DNA of 64,000 nucleotides, from assembly GCA_049322255.1 (NCBI GenBank), contig JBMORE010000148.1:1-64000 (forward strand). The letters run 5' to 3'. This document shows positions 1 through 9,650 of this stretch, in pieces. How positions within the stretch are numbered: the first letter of the stretch is position 1; the number at the start of each line of letters is the position of its first letter. This stretch comes from Myxococcota bacterium (lineage in GTDB: Bacteria; Myxococcota; Myxococcia; Myxococcales; Myxococcaceae). The translations under genes and the position numbers were made by a program. The notes below the pieces were generated by a model that was given only the letters and a program-made list of their open reading frames with translations, was not told the origin of the DNA and ran no database searches.

Positions 1-90
1 TCCAACGGTGCGTTGACAGGGCACGGAACGCGACGTTATACCGCGCCCTCTCCTTGTCGGCGTAAGGCCGCTGAACTTCTGAGGTTTCTC

Positions 91-1686
91 ATGGCCGTGG
101 CGGAAGACACGAACCCCAAGCAGCGCGACTGGAAGCGGCGCGAAAGCTTCGGCTCCGCGGTGGCGCAGATCGCGGTGGTGGGCCTGCTGCTCGCCGGGGC
201 GGTGTACTTCATCTACGCGCGGGGGACGAAGAAGAAGGAAACCACCGAGCGGCTCAAAGAAGCGCGCGCTCTCGCCCTGCGCGACAACCCCAAGGACCTC
301 CGCGCGGCGCTGGCCAAGCTGGACGAGCTCTTCGAGATCGACAGCTCGAACGCCGACGCTTTGGCGGTGGCGGCGGGCCTGCACACCGAGCTGTGGCTGA
401 TTCACAAGGTCCCGGGAGAAGACGCCAAGGCCAAGGAGCTGCTGGTGAAGGCCGAGGCGAAAGAGTCGAACGCGGAGGAGCGCTACGCCAGCCGCGCGCT
501 GCACCTGCTCGCCGAGGGCAAGGCCGCCGAGGCCGATGCGTACATCGACGAGCTGCGCAAGAAGGGCGCTTCCAGCGCGCGGCTGTGGCACGCGGTCGGC
601 CGGGCGCAGCAAGAGCTCGGCAACTTGAGCATGGCCAAGCAGGCCTTGGCGCAGGCGATGGACAAGGCGTGGAAGGACCCGCGCTTCGGCACCGCTTTCG
701 GCGAGGCGCTGATCGACGAGGGCAACTACTTGCAGGCGCTGGACGCGCTCACCAAGACCCTCAACGCGAACCCCGACCACTTCCGCGCGCGGCTGGCGGC
801 GTCGCTGGCCTACATCCACCGTAAAGATCGGGTGAAGGACGCCTCCGACACCGTCGAAGACATTCTGTCGCGCGACGCCGAGCTCACCCCGGGCATCAAG
901 GCGCGGGCGCTGGCGGTCAAGGCCGAGCTGGCCAACTTCGAGGGTCGCCACGACGACGCGGTCAAGACGGCGCAGATGGCCCTGGCCATCCACCCCGATG
1001 AGCACGTCGCCCTCCTCGCCAAGGCACGCGCGCTGGGGCTTACGAAAGACGCCGCCGCCAGCGATGCGTTCAAGGCAGCCGTGGCCAAGCGCCCGACGGC
1101 GCCGGCGATCTACTTCGACGGCGCGACGTTGTTGCAGGGAGCGGGCAACCATGAGGAAGCGATGGCGCTGCTTTCGTCGTACGAGACCACCTTCTCCAAG
1201 GTGAAGGCGACCTTGCCCGACGGCAAGGAGGTGCCCGCGCTCAGCCGCGACGATCGCTACTGGCTGACCCGAGGGGACATCTTGCGCGAGGCGGGCAAGC
1301 TCGACGACGCCATGTCCGCCTACGACAAGGCGGTGGCCGCCGAGAACGTGAACCTGGTCAAGGCGCACTATGCCCGTGGGGCGCTGCTGCTCCAAAAAGG
1401 CGAGGTGGACAAGGCGATGGAGGCACTCGCTCAAATCACCCCGCCCGATGGCAGCGGCTCGCTCGCCGAAGCCTACGTGGCGATGGGGGACACCCAGTTC
1501 GCCAAGAAGATGTTCGCCGAGGGCTGCCAGAACTTCGCCTTCGCCTTGGCCAAGCTGAAGACGCAGCAGGCGCCCCGGGAGAAGCTCAACGGCCTGTTGG
1601 AAGACGTCAACAGACGTCTGGTCGCCGCCAACCAGCGGCCGATGGCCAAGCTTTGGATGGAAGAGGCCAAGCCGATCATTCAGTAG
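91..1686 (+). CDS. Membrane-anchored TPR-repeat protein
   Basis: ORF 13..1686, likely ATG at 91. One N-terminal TM helix (IAVVGLLLAGAVYFIY) followed by many Ala/Leu-rich TPR-like helical repeats. Confidence 0.75.
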   Translation: MAVAEDTNPKQRDWKRRESFGSAVAQIAVVGLLLAGAVYFIYARGTKKKETTERLKEARALALRDNPKDLRAALAKLDELFEIDSSNADALAVAAGLHTELWLIHKVPGEDAKAKELLVKAEAKESNAEERYASRALHLLAEGKAAEADAYIDELRKKGASSARLWHAVGRAQQELGNLSMAKQALAQAMDKAWKDPRFGTAFGEALIDEGNYLQALDALTKTLNANPDHFRARLAASLAYIHRKDRVKDASDTVEDILSRDAELTPGIKARALAVKAELANFEGRHDDAVKTAQMALAIHPDEHVALLAKARALGLTKDAAASDAFKAAVAKRPTAPAIYFDGATLLQGAGNHEEAMALLSSYETTFSKVKATLPDGKEVPALSRDDRYWLTRGDILREAGKLDDAMSAYDKAVAAENVNLVKAHYARGALLLQKGEVDKAMEALAQITPPDGSGSLAEAYVAMGDTQFAKKMFAEGCQNFAFALAKLKTQQAPREKLNGLLEDVNRRLVAANQRPMAKLWMEEAKPIIQ

Positions 1687-1698
1687 CCAGTAGCGCGC

Positions 1699-1731
1699 CC
1701 CTCACCCTTTCCCTTTCCCAGTGGGAGAGGG
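1699..1731. repeat. 33-bp BoxC/PIT-like palindromic element, copy 1 (between convergent genes)
   Basis: ccctcaccc-ttt-ccctttccc-agt-gggagaggg. Confidence 0.85.
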
Positions 1732-1737
1732 TTGGCC

Positions 1738-2211
1738 TCACTGCCGCTGGTACCGGGCGCTCACGAAGCGCCACTGGCCGTCGGTTTCTTTCTCGACCTT
1801 GCTCTGCACCCGGTAGCGGGAGAGCACGCTCTCCTTCGCCAGCTCCTGGAGTGTCTTGGCGTCCGAGCGCGCGAAGATGAAGGTGGCATCGAGCGCCGCG
1901 TGCCGGTCGCTGGTGACGGCGATGGCAAGGTCGGTGACGAAGACCCGCACCCAACCCCCACGAAGCAGCTGCCCGGCCAAGATGCCCCGTAAGCCCTGCT
2001 TGTCGAGGCCCTCGGCGCTCTTGAAGCGCTCGGAGACGTGCTCCATCACCTCGCCCAAGTCTTTCTCCTCGGCGGCGCGCGTCATCTGCACCACCTTGCG
2101 CTCGAGGAGCTCCCTGGGAGTCGGCTCGCGGCGCGGCCACAGCGCGAGCACCGCCCCCGCCACGGCAAGCGCCACCACCCCCACCAGCACCCGCGACGAG
2201 GGGACCCTCAC
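1738..2211 (-). CDS. Small membrane-anchored or exported protein, possibly NTF2/SnoaL-like fold
   Basis: N-terminal hydrophobic helix, then helices followed by beta strands ending in the NTF2-like tail GQWRFVSA. Abuts the upstream cNMP gene. Confidence 0.55.
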   Translation of the reverse strand: MRVPSSRVLVGVVALAVAGAVLALWPRREPTPRELLERKVVQMTRAAEEKDLGEVMEHVSERFKSAEGLDKQGLRGILAGQLLRGGWVRVFVTDLAIAVTSDRHAALDATFIFARSDAKTLQELAKESVLSRYRVQSKVEKETDGQWRFVSARYQRQ

Positions 2212-3540
2212 CTACGCGGCGCCCTCCACCACCAGCTCGTCGGCGTCGATGATCTCCGCCGGCCGCAGCGCCTCGCCGATCTGCTTGAGCCGTCGCTCCG
2301 AGAGTCCCTGAAGGTACACCTTGGTGTTGGGGAAAGACTTCACCAAGTCATCGAAGGACGCGCGCTCGAGGTAGGCGGTGGCGGTCTTGCGGGTGGCCAC
2401 CACGGTGGCAGTGGCGCGCAGGCCGGTGAGCAACGAAATCTCTCCCGCGATGTCCCCCTCGCGCAGGATGCCCAAGGAGACCGCCCCGCCGGCCGGGTCT
2501 TCTTTCTGCACCACCAGCTCGCCCCCCAACACCAAGAACAACCCGGGGGAGTGCTCGCCCTCGACCAACGCTTTTTCTCCAGACTGCAACGCCCGGAAGG
2601 CGAAGCGGCGAAGCAGCTCCGCGCGATCGACCTCCGGAATCTGCTGGAAGAGCGGCGAGGTCGCCATGAGGTTCTTCGCCATGCGCTGCTGGGCGAAGTG
2701 GGCCAGGGTGGGCATCACCGAGGGGTGCTGCTTGGCCAGCTGGTTCAAGTGCTCGCGCCGCAGCTCGAACAGCTCGGTGTCGACCACCGCGGTCACCGTC
2801 GCGGTGGGGGGGGCGCCGGTGAGCAGCGACATCTCGCCGAAGATCGACCCTCCTCCGAGGAAACCGAGCGTCTTTCTCTGTCCCTCCATCTGCCGGGTGA
2901 CCTCGCCCTTGCCAGCCACGATGACGAAAATGGCGTCGCCACCCTCCCCCTCTTTGGAGAAGAGCTCCTCGGCCTTCGACTGGCGGTAGCCCATCAGGCC
3001 AACCAGGTCGACGAAGGCGTCGCGCGAAAGGTCGGCGAAGAGCGGCAAAGGGGGGCGGGCGTCCTTGTCGGCCGCGCCTCCGCTGTCGGGAGCGGCGAGC
3101 ACCTCGATGGCCTTGTTGGAGAGCTCGCTGCCCGAGAGCGTCATCAGGTCGTCGGCGACCTTGCCCTCGTAGAGAGACTCCGGTGGCAACGGCGGGGGCA
3201 CCGCGGCCTTTCCTGGGCTGTCCTTGGCCGCGCGGGCGTGCACCCGGGCCAAGGTGTCTTTGAGGCGACGCTCGTTGGGGCTGAAGGACAGCGCTTGCTT
3301 GCAGGCAGCGATCGCCGAGAGCAGATAGTCGCGCCGCAAGAGCCCCTCGGCGCAAGCGTGCAGCACGGTCACCCCGCGCTCCTTCTCACCCAGCTCGTGG
3401 AAGCAGCGCGCGGCCAGCATCCGCGAGCGGTGATCGGCCGGCTGCCGGCGCACCGCCTCGGCGAAGACGCCCAGCGCCCGCTCCCACTGACCCTCCCCGA
3501 CCAAGTCCAGCCCCAGCTCGCGCAAAGAGGATTGGCTCAT
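2212..3540 (-). CDS. TPR plus tandem cyclic-nucleotide-binding domain protein
   Basis: Two cNMP-binding signatures (FGEMSLLTGAPPTATVTA; AGEISLLTGLRATATVVA) after N-terminal TPR helices. Confidence 0.85.
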   Translation of the reverse strand: MSQSSLRELGLDLVGEGQWERALGVFAEAVRRQPADHRSRMLAARCFHELGEKERGVTVLHACAEGLLRRDYLLSAIAACKQALSFSPNERRLKDTLARVHARAAKDSPGKAAVPPPLPPESLYEGKVADDLMTLSGSELSNKAIEVLAAPDSGGAADKDARPPLPLFADLSRDAFVDLVGLMGYRQSKAEELFSKEGEGGDAIFVIVAGKGEVTRQMEGQRKTLGFLGGGSIFGEMSLLTGAPPTATVTAVVDTELFELRREHLNQLAKQHPSVMPTLAHFAQQRMAKNLMATSPLFQQIPEVDRAELLRRFAFRALQSGEKALVEGEHSPGLFLVLGGELVVQKEDPAGGAVSLGILREGDIAGEISLLTGLRATATVVATRKTATAYLERASFDDLVKSFPNTKVYLQGLSERRLKQIGEALRPAEIIDADELVVEGAA

Positions 3541-3583
3541 GAGGGAAGCACCTTATCGCAGAGCGGGGCGCGAGATAGCGCCG

Positions 3584-5551
3584 TCATGGCTGCAGTGCGG
3601 CCAGCTGGGTCTTCGCCTTCTCGTGGTAGGTGGAGCCGGGGGGAGTCGCCGAGAGCACCACCTTGAAGCGTGAAATCGCCTCCCGCGGGTCGCGGTCGCG
3701 GATCATGTACGCCGACTGGAAGAGCTCTTCGGCCTTGGCCGAAACCTTCTCCAGCCCCTCGCGCACGCGGGGGTCGTCGGGGGAAAGCTGCGCTGCCTCC
3801 TGATAGTTGACGGCCGCGGTCGCCAGATCGTCGCGCAAGAGCGCGTCCCGCCCCGCGGCCAGCGCCGCCGCCCCCAGCTCCTCGTTGACCTGCTCGCCCA
3901 GCGCGCCGTGAAAGCCAATCTCCCGATAGAGCTCGCGCGCCCGCCGCAGTGGCCTCACCGCCGATAAAAGCTGGTTGGCCTTGAACTTCTTGTGCCCCTC
4001 CTCGAACGCGCGCCCGAAGGCGGGAAGAAGCGCCTTGAGTCTCTTGGCGCGCGCGCGAATCTCGCCGTCACCGCGGTAAGCGTCGATCACCCGGTCGCAC
4101 TCCGCCGCCGCGCGCTCGTACTCACCCCCGTGGAGCTTGCGCGCCACCACCGCGAAGGCCGCATCCATCTCCTCGGCACGCTCCTGGGCGCGCCGCTGCG
4201 TGGAGAGAGCCCGCGCCTTTTCCGTCCGTCGCTGCTCGGCGCGCTCCTGCTCGGCGGCCGCCGCTTCGGCCTCTTCGAGCTTGGCTCGAAGAAGCTGCCG
4301 TTGTGGAGCGGGAAGCAAGGCATGGAGCGCCTTGGCTCCCTGGAGGTCTCCACTGGCCAGGAGGAGCTCCACTTGCTCGCGCTTCTGCTCCAGCTCGAGC
4401 CGATCGATGTCCTGGGCGAGCGTCTCCTTCTCCTGCATCCGCTTGTCCGAAACCTCGGGGAAGTGAGCCAGCTCCTGGCGTGCCTGATCGAAGCGGCCCT
4501 GCCGAACGAGCGCTCTCGCCGTCTCCAAAGTCTTCTGCGCCCCCATCTCGGCGCTGGCGCGCTCGAGCAGCCCCTCGGTGTCCGAGCCGGGGAGGAGCTT
4601 CTCCGCTTCCTCGATGAGCTTGACCGCCTCCTCGAGCTTGTCTGCGCGAATGGCAGTGCGCGCCTGTTGCATCTTCTCTTGAGCCTGGGCCTTGCGGGGG
4701 TCGACCGGGGGAGGAGCCGGCTTCCGGGTGGCGATGGCGAGGACGACGACCAAGAGCAGGAGCGAAGCGCCACCGGCCGCGAGCAGGCGCTGCTTCTTCT
4801 CCCACCTTTGCCAAGGGAAGGTCCGCTTCGGCGCGGGCGCATCGCGGCGCAGGGGCGGACGTGCCGAAGCCACCGGCAGGCTCGGGTTGGTGGCGGCGCG
4901 CAGGGCCGGGTCCGCCGGGTCGACCTCCTCCTGGGAGAAGGCAGAGCTCTCCTCCTCGGAGGAGCCTTCTGGCTGGGAGGGCGGCTCCTTTTCCTCGGGT
5001 GCCTGCGCCTGCCCCTCGGCCTCTTCGCGCAGCTTCTTCAGCGCCGACATCTCGTCGACGAAGCGGAACTTCGTCTTGCCGATGGCGATCTCGTCGTCGT
5101 GTTGCAGAAGCTGCTCGGTGACCTTCTTCCCGTTCACCTTGCTGCCGTTGCCGCTGCCCAAATCACGTAAGAGCACGCCCTCCTCGGCGCGAAGGAGCTC
5201 CAGGTGTCTACGTGACACCGACGGGTCGGAGAGCTTCAAGTCGCAGTCGGGAGTGCGGCCGATGACCATCCGCGCCCCTTTGAACGTCCTGGTCTTGCCG
5301 GCGTCGGGACCGGCGATGATTTTCAGCTGGAGCGGTGGGCCCGCGCGGGTGGCGTTTTCGTCGTCCTCGTCAGGCTCCTCGTCGTCCAGGGCATCGAGCG
5401 GGCCGATGCGTGTCTCGGAGTGGGAAACCGACGCCTGCGAGTCTTCCGCGACGTCCTCGTCTTCGGGTAGCCCGGCGGGCTCGGACGGCTCATCGGCCTC
5501 GCCGGCGTACGGCGCGATGCCGGGTTCGGTCTTTTCAGAAGGGGGAGCCAA
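3584..5551 (-). CDS. FHA-domain, single-TM, TPR/coiled-coil protein
   Basis: FHA motif IGR...SVSRRH...DLGSGNGSKVNG; TM segment LLLLVVVLAIA; helical C-terminal part; TTG start. Confidence 0.8.
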   Translation of the reverse strand: MAPPSEKTEPGIAPYAGEADEPSEPAGLPEDEDVAEDSQASVSHSETRIGPLDALDDEEPDEDDENATRAGPPLQLKIIAGPDAGKTRTFKGARMVIGRTPDCDLKLSDPSVSRRHLELLRAEEGVLLRDLGSGNGSKVNGKKVTEQLLQHDDEIAIGKTKFRFVDEMSALKKLREEAEGQAQAPEEKEPPSQPEGSSEEESSAFSQEEVDPADPALRAATNPSLPVASARPPLRRDAPAPKRTFPWQRWEKKQRLLAAGGASLLLLVVVLAIATRKPAPPPVDPRKAQAQEKMQQARTAIRADKLEEAVKLIEEAEKLLPGSDTEGLLERASAEMGAQKTLETARALVRQGRFDQARQELAHFPEVSDKRMQEKETLAQDIDRLELEQKREQVELLLASGDLQGAKALHALLPAPQRQLLRAKLEEAEAAAAEQERAEQRRTEKARALSTQRRAQERAEEMDAAFAVVARKLHGGEYERAAAECDRVIDAYRGDGEIRARAKRLKALLPAFGRAFEEGHKKFKANQLLSAVRPLRRARELYREIGFHGALGEQVNEELGAAALAAGRDALLRDDLATAAVNYQEAAQLSPDDPRVREGLEKVSAKAEELFQSAYMIRDRDPREAISRFKVVLSATPPGSTYHEKAKTQLAALQP

Positions 5552-5693
5552 GCTTGGGGAAAGTCTAACGGCCGCCTAGAAGACAGGAAAGTGCGCGAGC
5601 GTTGTGCGCCTTACTCTATGCTGCCAAGATCAGTTGCCACGCAGTGCCACTGGTGACTGCTTGACGTTGGTGGAGCTTTCAGGGGAGCCACAA

Positions 5694-6584
5694 ATGCCAA
5701 TCCGAAAGAGCGAAGTCCACGTAGGGAATCGGTTGAAGTACCCGCTGTCCGCTGGACGTCTCCAACGAAATCCGCAGCCGATCGTCGTCAATGGAGTGGC
5801 CTTAAGTGAGCTCAAGCCCAAGACTCCGATTGACCAAGCGATGCTGGAGAAACTGATCGAGCGCATGGAGCGCGAACCGCGCTTTGGCAAGACCGGCGCG
5901 TTGGCCTTCCGCGAAGCCCATAGACAGGCTCAGACTACCTCAGGCCGGGTTCCCACCTTGTCCGAGGTTCAGCAACAAGTTGGGCGCGCCTTGCGTTCGC
6001 TCGAGAACGAGCGCGCCAAGGGCCGCGTCAACGACGGCTACGTCGATAAACGGGAAGCGGCTGCGATCAAGAACCCGTTGGCTGGGGCGATCCACGAGTG
6101 GTTGAGCACTGTCAGCGAGATGCCCCGCACATCCGCGGCGGAGCTTCGAGCTCGAGCGACTGCCGCGCAGCTCGGTCAGGCGCTCAAGACCCTCGAGTCG
6201 GTGACCGACGAGGCGTTCAAGTTGTTCGGGCGCAAGGGCGACTACGGCGATCTGACCAAGGCCGTCCGGGAGGCGTGCAGGGCCGCCAAGGTCTCCAGCC
6301 AGGGAGTCAGCGCGCTGCTGATCGCGGTCAACGGCAAAACCTCGCGCGGGGACAATGGCACGCTCGAGACTCCGCCGAAGGCCGCAGAAGTCAAGCAAGC
6401 CCTGCGCAGCGCCGTCTCCAAGCTGAAGACGGCCGACGGGGCCCAAATCGTAGACTTTCGCCACCCTGAGGCGAAGCCGACGGCGAAGCGCGATGGCGTG
6501 ATCACCGGCCTCGAAGTCGATCGGACGCCGGGAGTGACCGGCAAGGCTGCCCGTGCGCTTCTCAGGTACGCGAGCACGCTGTAG
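5694..6584 (+). CDS. Hypothetical protein
   Basis: Long ORF with ATG at 5694 preceded by GGGGAG. No family recognised. Confidence 0.6.
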   Translation: MPIRKSEVHVGNRLKYPLSAGRLQRNPQPIVVNGVALSELKPKTPIDQAMLEKLIERMEREPRFGKTGALAFREAHRQAQTTSGRVPTLSEVQQQVGRALRSLENERAKGRVNDGYVDKREAAAIKNPLAGAIHEWLSTVSEMPRTSAAELRARATAAQLGQALKTLESVTDEAFKLFGRKGDYGDLTKAVREACRAAKVSSQGVSALLIAVNGKTSRGDNGTLETPPKAAEVKQALRSAVSKLKTADGAQIVDFRHPEAKPTAKRDGVITGLEVDRTPGVTGKAARALLRYASTL

Positions 6585-6741
6585 CTCGCCGGGTTGCTGA
6601 CGCCTTCGTTCGGCATTTCACAGGCAAGCCACTCTCCGAGCTTCTGGCGAACATCTGTAAGTACTCGCAACAGAGGCCGAGCGTTGCCGAATGCCCCAGC
6701 GCGCCGTTACTGTCCTCCGCCTTTGGGAAGGACGAAAAGCG

Positions 6742-8214
6742 ATGCCCACCCGCTCCACCCGTAGAACCAAGCCCCGCGAACGGTCGCCCGCGGTGGTCGC
6801 GCCGCGCCCTCCCCTGCTCTCCTTGGAGCTGATCGAGCGGCTCTTGTCGGCGGCGATGAGCAAGGGAGGAGAGCTCGCCGAGGTCTACGTGGAGCGCGCC
6901 CTCGTCACCGCGGTCTTACTCGAAGAGCGGCGCATCAAGAGCGCGCAGACCGGCCTTAGTCAAGGAGTGGGAGTGCGAGTGGTTGCGGGCGCCAAGGTCG
7001 GTTACGCCTACTCCGACGACCTCGACGACGAAGCGCTCTTTCGCGCGGCGACCACCGCGGCGCTCATCGCCCACGGAGGCGGCTCGGAGCAGGCGTTCAA
7101 GGTGAGCCGCGCTCCCTCGCCCAGCCACTACCGGGTGCCGGTGCCGCTGTCGGAAATCGAGGTGGCGAAGAAGGCCGACTTAGTGCTGCGCGCCGACAAG
7201 GCCGCGCACGCCTACGACCGGCGAGTGAAGCAAGTGGTGGCCACTTGGGCCGACCAAACCAAGCATCTGTGGGTGGCCAACACGCAGGGCCGCTTCGCCG
7301 AGGACACGCAAGACCTCTGCCGGCTCTCAGTGCAGGCGGTGGCCGAGGGGAAGCACAAAGAGCGGCGCAGCGGCTTTTTCGGCGGCGGCGGCCGGGTGCC
7401 CTTCACCCACTTCGAGACGTTCACCCCCGAGCTGGTCGCCCGTGAAGCTGCGCGGCAGGCGGTGTCCACCCTGGGCGCGGTGGAGGCGACCGCCGGCCAG
7501 CAAACGGTGGTTCTGGCGCCGGGGTGGAGCGGCATTCTTCTCCACGAGGCGGTGGGCCACGGGCTGGAGGCCGACTTCATCCGCAAGGGCACCAGCCTCT
7601 TTGCCGGCAAGCTGGGGCAGAAGGTGGCGTCGGAGAAAGTGACGGTGATCGACGACGGCACAGTGGCCAACGCCCGCGGCTCGGTGAACGTCGACGACGA
7701 AGGCAACCCGGGCGAGCTCAAAGTGCTGATCGAAAAGGGCGTGCTCAAGGGCTACATGTACGACGCGCTCAACGCCAAGCTGATGGGCCAGCGCTCCACC
7801 GGCAGCGGCCGGCGCGAGTCGTTCAAGCACCTGCCGATGCCGCGCATGACCAACACCTATCTGGCGCCCGGCGACGACACCCCTGAGGACATCATCGGCT
7901 CGGTGAAGAAGGGGCTGTACTGCGCGCACTTCGGCGGCGGCCAGGTGGACATCACCAATGGCAACTTCGTCTTCGAGGTGAGCGAGGCGTACGAAATCGA
8001 AGACGGCAAGCTGGGCCGGCCGGTGAAGGGCGCCACCCTCATCGGAGTGGGCCCTGAAGCGCTCAAGAACGTCTCCATGGTCGGGTGCGACCCGATGCCC
8101 GACCCCGGCCTGGGCACTTGCGGCAAGGACGGGCAGAGCGTGCCGGTGGGTGTGGGCCTGCCCACCGTGCGCATCGACGACATGACCGTGGGCGGCACAC
8201 GGGTGGGAGGTTAG
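6742..8214 (+). CDS. tldD: TldD family metalloprotease subunit
   Basis: HEAVGHGLEAD zinc motif, PRMTNT, and C-terminal CGKDGQSVPVGVG. Confidence 0.93.
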   Translation: MPTRSTRRTKPRERSPAVVAPRPPLLSLELIERLLSAAMSKGGELAEVYVERALVTAVLLEERRIKSAQTGLSQGVGVRVVAGAKVGYAYSDDLDDEALFRAATTAALIAHGGGSEQAFKVSRAPSPSHYRVPVPLSEIEVAKKADLVLRADKAAHAYDRRVKQVVATWADQTKHLWVANTQGRFAEDTQDLCRLSVQAVAEGKHKERRSGFFGGGGRVPFTHFETFTPELVAREAARQAVSTLGAVEATAGQQTVVLAPGWSGILLHEAVGHGLEADFIRKGTSLFAGKLGQKVASEKVTVIDDGTVANARGSVNVDDEGNPGELKVLIEKGVLKGYMYDALNAKLMGQRSTGSGRRESFKHLPMPRMTNTYLAPGDDTPEDIIGSVKKGLYCAHFGGGQVDITNGNFVFEVSEAYEIEDGKLGRPVKGATLIGVGPEALKNVSMVGCDPMPDPGLGTCGKDGQSVPVGVGLPTVRIDDMTVGGTRVGG

Positions 8215-8216
8215 AA

Positions 8217-9557
8217 GTGGACTACCTCGCCCTCGCCCAAAAGCTCGTCGCCCGCGCGAAGAAGAAAGGCGCCCGCCAGGCCGAAGCGTTCATCGAGGTC
8301 GGGCGCGACGCCGCGTGCCGCGTGCGCGACGGTGAAATCGAAGACCTCACCCAGGCCACCTCGAAGGGCGTGGGGGTGCGGGTCATCAAGAAAGATCGGC
8401 TGGGGTTTGCGTACACCTCGGACTTCGAGGGCCAAAGCCTCGAGCACTTCGTCGACCGTGCGCTCGCGCTGGCCGAGGCCGCCGCGCCCAACCCCCTCAA
8501 CGGGCTGCCCTCGCGCAAGGAAGTGGGAGCAACCGACGTCGGCGAATTGTTCGACCCCCAGGTGGCCGCGCTCCCCAGCGACTGGAAGATCAAAGCCGCG
8601 CTGGAGGCGGAGAAGGCGGGCAAGGCGGTCGACCCGCGGGTGCGCACCTTCGAGAGCGTGGGCGCGGGAGAGAACATTTCCGAGGTCTACCTCGCCTCCA
8701 GCGAAGGAGTCAGGGCCGGTTTTCAGGGCACCTACGTCTACCTGTACGCCGTTCCGGTCGCCTCGGACGGCGACCAGCTGCAGACCGCGTACTGGGTCGA
8801 CTACAAGCGCTTTCTCGACGCGCTCGATGCTCCCGAGGCGATCGGAAGGGAGGCGGCGCGCCGCGCGGTGCGCATGCTCGGCGCCAAGAAGGTGAAGAGC
8901 CAACAGGTGCCGGTCGTCTTCGATCCGCTGGTGGCCGCCTCGTTCGTCTCCAGCATCGCGGCAGCGGCCAATGGCGATGCGGTGTACAAGAAGTCGTCCT
9001 TCCTCGCGCCGCTCCTTCACCAGCGGGTGGGCGGCGAGGATTTGACCATCGTCGACGACGGGCTGTTGCCCAAGGGCTTGGGGACCTCACCCTTCGATGG
9101 CGAGGGCGTGCCCACCCGAAGGACGGCGATCATCGAGAAAGGCATCTTGCGCTCCTTCCTCTACGACGCCTTCACCGCGCGCAAGGCGAAGACTCACAGC
9201 ACCGGCAACGCCTCGCGCGGCTACCGCTCCCTGCCCGCCATCGGCACCAACAACCTCTACCTCGAGCCCGGCACGAAAAAGCCGGAGGACATTCTTCGCG
9301 AGGTGAAGAGTGGCTTCTACGTGACCGCCATGCTCGGCCACGGTGCCAACATCGTCACCGGCGAGTACTCCCGCGGGGCGAACGGGTTGTGGATCGAGAA
9401 CGGCGAGCTGGCCTACCCGGTTCAGGAGGTCACCGTCGCCGGCCACTTGCTGAAGATGATGAAGGGCATCGACGCCATCGGCAGCGACTTGCAGTTCCGC
9501 GGGTCGACGGGCGCGCCCACCGTGCGCTTTTCCGAGTTGACGGTGAGCGGGACATGA
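8217..9557 (+). CDS. pmbA: PmbA/TldE family subunit
   Basis: Follows tldD (GTG at 8217). PFDGEG and GEYSRGANG motifs; no HExxxH. Confidence 0.9.
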   Translation: MDYLALAQKLVARAKKKGARQAEAFIEVGRDAACRVRDGEIEDLTQATSKGVGVRVIKKDRLGFAYTSDFEGQSLEHFVDRALALAEAAAPNPLNGLPSRKEVGATDVGELFDPQVAALPSDWKIKAALEAEKAGKAVDPRVRTFESVGAGENISEVYLASSEGVRAGFQGTYVYLYAVPVASDGDQLQTAYWVDYKRFLDALDAPEAIGREAARRAVRMLGAKKVKSQQVPVVFDPLVAASFVSSIAAAANGDAVYKKSSFLAPLLHQRVGGEDLTIVDDGLLPKGLGTSPFDGEGVPTRRTAIIEKGILRSFLYDAFTARKAKTHSTGNASRGYRSLPAIGTNNLYLEPGTKKPEDILREVKSGFYVTAMLGHGANIVTGEYSRGANGLWIENGELAYPVQEVTVAGHLLKMMKGIDAIGSDLQFRGSTGAPTVRFSELTVSGT

Positions 9558-9560
9558 ACC

Positions 9561-9642
9561 CCCTCTCCCCGTGGGAGAGGGAAGAGGTGAGGGAACGGGA
9601 GCTCTCGGTCCCTCACCCTTGCCCTCTCCCATAGGGAGAGGG
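9561..9642. repeat. Inverted pair of 33-bp BoxC/PIT-like elements (copies 2 and 3)
   Basis: 9561-9593 ccctctccc-cgt-gggagaggg-aag-aggtgaggg and 9610-9642 ccctcaccc-ttg-ccctctccc-ata-gggagaggg. Confidence 0.88.
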
Positions 9643-9650
9643 ATTCTGTC

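Noticed and set aside
6607..6693. Possible structured RNA or attC site upstream of tldD
   Set aside because: Only a short imperfect inverted repeat, with no attC core sites or recognisable RNA family.
6742..9557. TldD/PmbA as part of a RiPP cluster
   Set aside because: No precursor peptide, YcaO or other modification enzymes are adjacent; it looks like the housekeeping pair.
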